Shown: positions 34,618 to 36,406 of the stretch, one piece after another
Layout of the letters: every line of letters starts with the position of its first letter
Numbering within the stretch: position 1 is the first letter of the stretch
Source of the DNA: a virus
Lineage: Duplodnaviria; Caudoviricetes
Length of the DNA stretch: 36,406 nt
Reading direction: 5' to 3' (one strand)
IMG/VR virus record: IMGVR_UViG_3300011336_000391
Location: 1 to 36,406 of that record
The notes under the pieces: model-generated
What the model was told of the DNA's origin: nothing
What the model saw: the letters and a program-made list of their open reading frames with translations, nothing else
Databases searched by the model: none
Program-made: the position numbers and the translations under genes

Positions 34618-35333
34618 AATTTAGTCTTTCCCGCTTCCGCTTTTAGCTCACGGAATTTATTTGCGTACACTTCGCGCAACTCTTTTCCAAGGGCAGCATC
34701 ATCAACATCTTTTGACTGAAACATTAGAGCGATTTTGTCACGGTATAGATCATAAACATCAGCCAATGCTTTTTGTGTATCTGCTTGAGTAAGCGCCAAT
34801 CTACAGTTATCGACGTACTGTTTTCGCAATTCGGGTGATTCAAAAGATGAGTGGTTGATTGCTTGCATCTGAATATTTTCGCCATCCGTATCTTGCTCGC
34901 CTTCTGTCGGGATATTGAACAAGTTGATAGCAAGCGTTTTGTAGGCCTGTGACATTGCTTTAGATGTTGCCTTATCGCTGTAATCAACAGAATCAGCATA
35001 AACAGACACCAAAACATCATCACCTTTAATTGTGTTCATGATCTTGAAGTCAACGCGCAAAGTTACCCACAGCGCCAACGCGCCTGATTTTGCGTGACGT
35101 TCTTTTTCAACACGTTCCGCCATATGGGGCAAAATTGCTAAGGCGCACTCTTTCATTAAAGGAGAGGTATTATTGCGAATATCATCAATGCCACGAAATT
35201 TATATTTTATATCGCCTTGGCCTCCCTGCTCTTTTGAAATACCTTTTTTCGCTAGTGCTTCTGTCATAGCCTCGATGGATTCTAAAACCGATTGCGGCCT
35301 TACTTTTACTTCTGGTTTTTTTTCTTCGGCCAT
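34614..35333 (-). CDS. erf: ERF-family single-strand annealing recombinase
   Basis: ISK......KYKFRGIDDI...DYSDKATSKAMSQAYK......FNIPTEGEQDTD. Confidence 0.85.
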   Translation of the reverse strand: MAEEKKPEVKVRPQSVLESIEAMTEALAKKGISKEQGGQGDIKYKFRGIDDIRNNTSPLMKECALAILPHMAERVEKERHAKSGALALWVTLRVDFKIMNTIKGDDVLVSVYADSVDYSDKATSKAMSQAYKTLAINLFNIPTEGEQDTDGENIQMQAINHSSFESPELRKQYVDNCRLALTQADTQKALADVYDLYRDKIALMFQSKDVDDAALGKELREVYANKFRELKAEAGKTKL

Positions 35334-35549
35334 GATTACTTCTCCGCGTGCTGCATTTCTGCCTGAGCTTTCGCCAGCGCCTTAGATAGCTTCGCTATAG
35401 TGTCGCTTTGGTATTGTCTCATCTTTTACTCCATTCGCTGTGTATCGGTTGCTCATAAGGCATGGCGACATACATCAACATCGTCACACCCATTAGGAAG
35501 GTCAGGAGGCACATGCCGCCCGCCAGTTGTATTGCGTACTCGCGCGGGG

Positions 35550-36406
35550 TCATGCAGCTTCCTTGATTTTTTCTGCAAATTTCTCAGCGCCAAATTGGCC
35601 TATTACTAGTTTTGCAATTTGCTCTGCGGTGTAAGTGTCACCCAAGCTTTTCCCCGTGCTCTCAACAAAATTCCTAACACCAGCTCCGCACGCCCCAGTA
35701 ACAGCGCGATAGATACCAACCCACTCCTTGCCCGTTGCTGATTTAGGAATTGCGCCATCGAATTTTGCAACGGTCTTATAAATCAAGTCTTCACGCGCTT
35801 CCTTAATAGTCTCGCCATGCGCGGAATTGCCGTTTTCATCGCTGACAACAAATAAAACTTTCCCGTCATCTGTTTTTGCTTTTTTCACTCCAGATTTATT
35901 GGATATTACGCGAGAGAAAATTCCGTCCGAAAAATCAACTTCAACCCATTTCCCGTTTTCTACGATATACCAGCATCCGGATTTTAATTTTTTCCCATCA
36001 ACAATGTCTGCTTTGCCACCGATGGGAATATATTTCTCATCCTTTTTTATGTATTCAGACGCCATCAAAAGATTTCCTATGTCACCCTTGACAGCGGCGC
36101 GATAACCTACGGCAGAACAAGCACTGTAGTCGCCCGAGGATGCAGCCGTGCTGTAGTTGCCCGAGGATGCAGCCTTGCTGTAGTTGCCCGAGGATGCAGC
36201 CTTGCTGGATTCGCCCGAGGATGCAGCCGTGCTGTAGTTGCCCGAGGATGCAGCCTTGCTGTAGTCGCCCGAGGATGCATCCTTGCTGTAGTTGCCCGAG
36301 GATGCAGCCGTGCTGTAGTAGCCCGAGGATGCAGCCTTGCTGTAGTCGCCCGAGGATGCAGCCGTGCTGTAGTCGCCCGAGGATGCAGCCGTGCTGGAGT
36401 AGCCCG
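35550..36406 (-). CDS. 3' part of the 9-aa repeat protein (open at the window edge; same gene as 1-364)
   Basis: Frame open from the window end through 10 repeat units into ACSAVGYRAAVKGDIGNLLMASEY...AHGETIKEAREDLIYK...YRAVTGACGAG. Confidence 0.85.
   Translation of the reverse strand, partial: GYSSTAASSGDYSTAASSGDYSKAASSGYYSTAASSGNYSKDASSGDYSKAASSGNYSTAASSGESSKAASSGNYSKAASSGNYSTAASSGDYSACSAVGYRAAVKGDIGNLLMASEYIKKDEKYIPIGGKADIVDGKKLKSGCWYIVENGKWVEVDFSDGIFSRVISNKSGVKKAKTDDGKVLFVVSDENGNSAHGETIKEAREDLIYKTVAKFDGAIPKSATGKEWVGIYRAVTGACGAGVRNFVESTGKSLGDTYTAEQIAKLVIGQFGAEKFAEKIKEAA
36125..36406. repeat. 27-bp coding tandem repeat, at least 10 full units (copy 2)
   Basis: Ten consecutive cgaggatgca(g/t)cc(g/t)tgctg(t/g)a(g/t)t(t/c/a)gcc units. 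Confidence 0.95.

Noticed and set aside
36125-36406. 27-bp repeats as a CRISPR array
   Set aside because: Units are contiguous with no spacers, are a multiple of 3, lie in an open reading frame, and no cas genes are visible.
1-36406. Genome-wide TAG stop codon reassignment
   Set aside because: Core genes are full length under the standard code, genes after TAG have their own starts, and no suppressor tRNA was seen.

Overview
An apparently near-complete, circularly permuted ~36 kb P22-like (podovirus-type) phage genome. Positions 1-~110 recur at 36020-~36129, inside a gene carrying a 27-bp tandem array whose two copies differ. Back-to-back sigma70 promoters at 912-1013 divide it into two arms. 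The rightward arm holds a Cro-like HTH, DUF968/RusA, an HNH nuclease set in a hairpin-dense region, an O-methyltransferase plus glycosyltransferase-like pair, TerS/TerL, portal, scaffold, P22-type coat, gp4/gp10-like tail proteins, three ejection proteins, a tail fibre, an SGNH esterase tail protein and a lysis cassette with embedded Rz/Rz1. The leftward arm holds the repeat protein, Erf, Gp157-like, NinB-like, a C5 DNA methyltransferase, HTH proteins, HNH-AP2, DUF3850, a poly-glycine protein and small ORFs. I recognised no integrase, CI repressor, replication initiator, helicase, primase, SSB or tRNA. Most notable: (1) a promoter-driven, highly structured ~750-nt region enclosing an HNH ORF where replication genes would normally sit; (2) a C5 methyltransferase apparently split across two nested reading frames; (3) a 9-aa repeat array with only non-synonymous variation; (4) a methyltransferase/glycosyltransferase pair before terS; (5) a 45-glycine protein. 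All family calls come from motif recognition by eye, not database searches.
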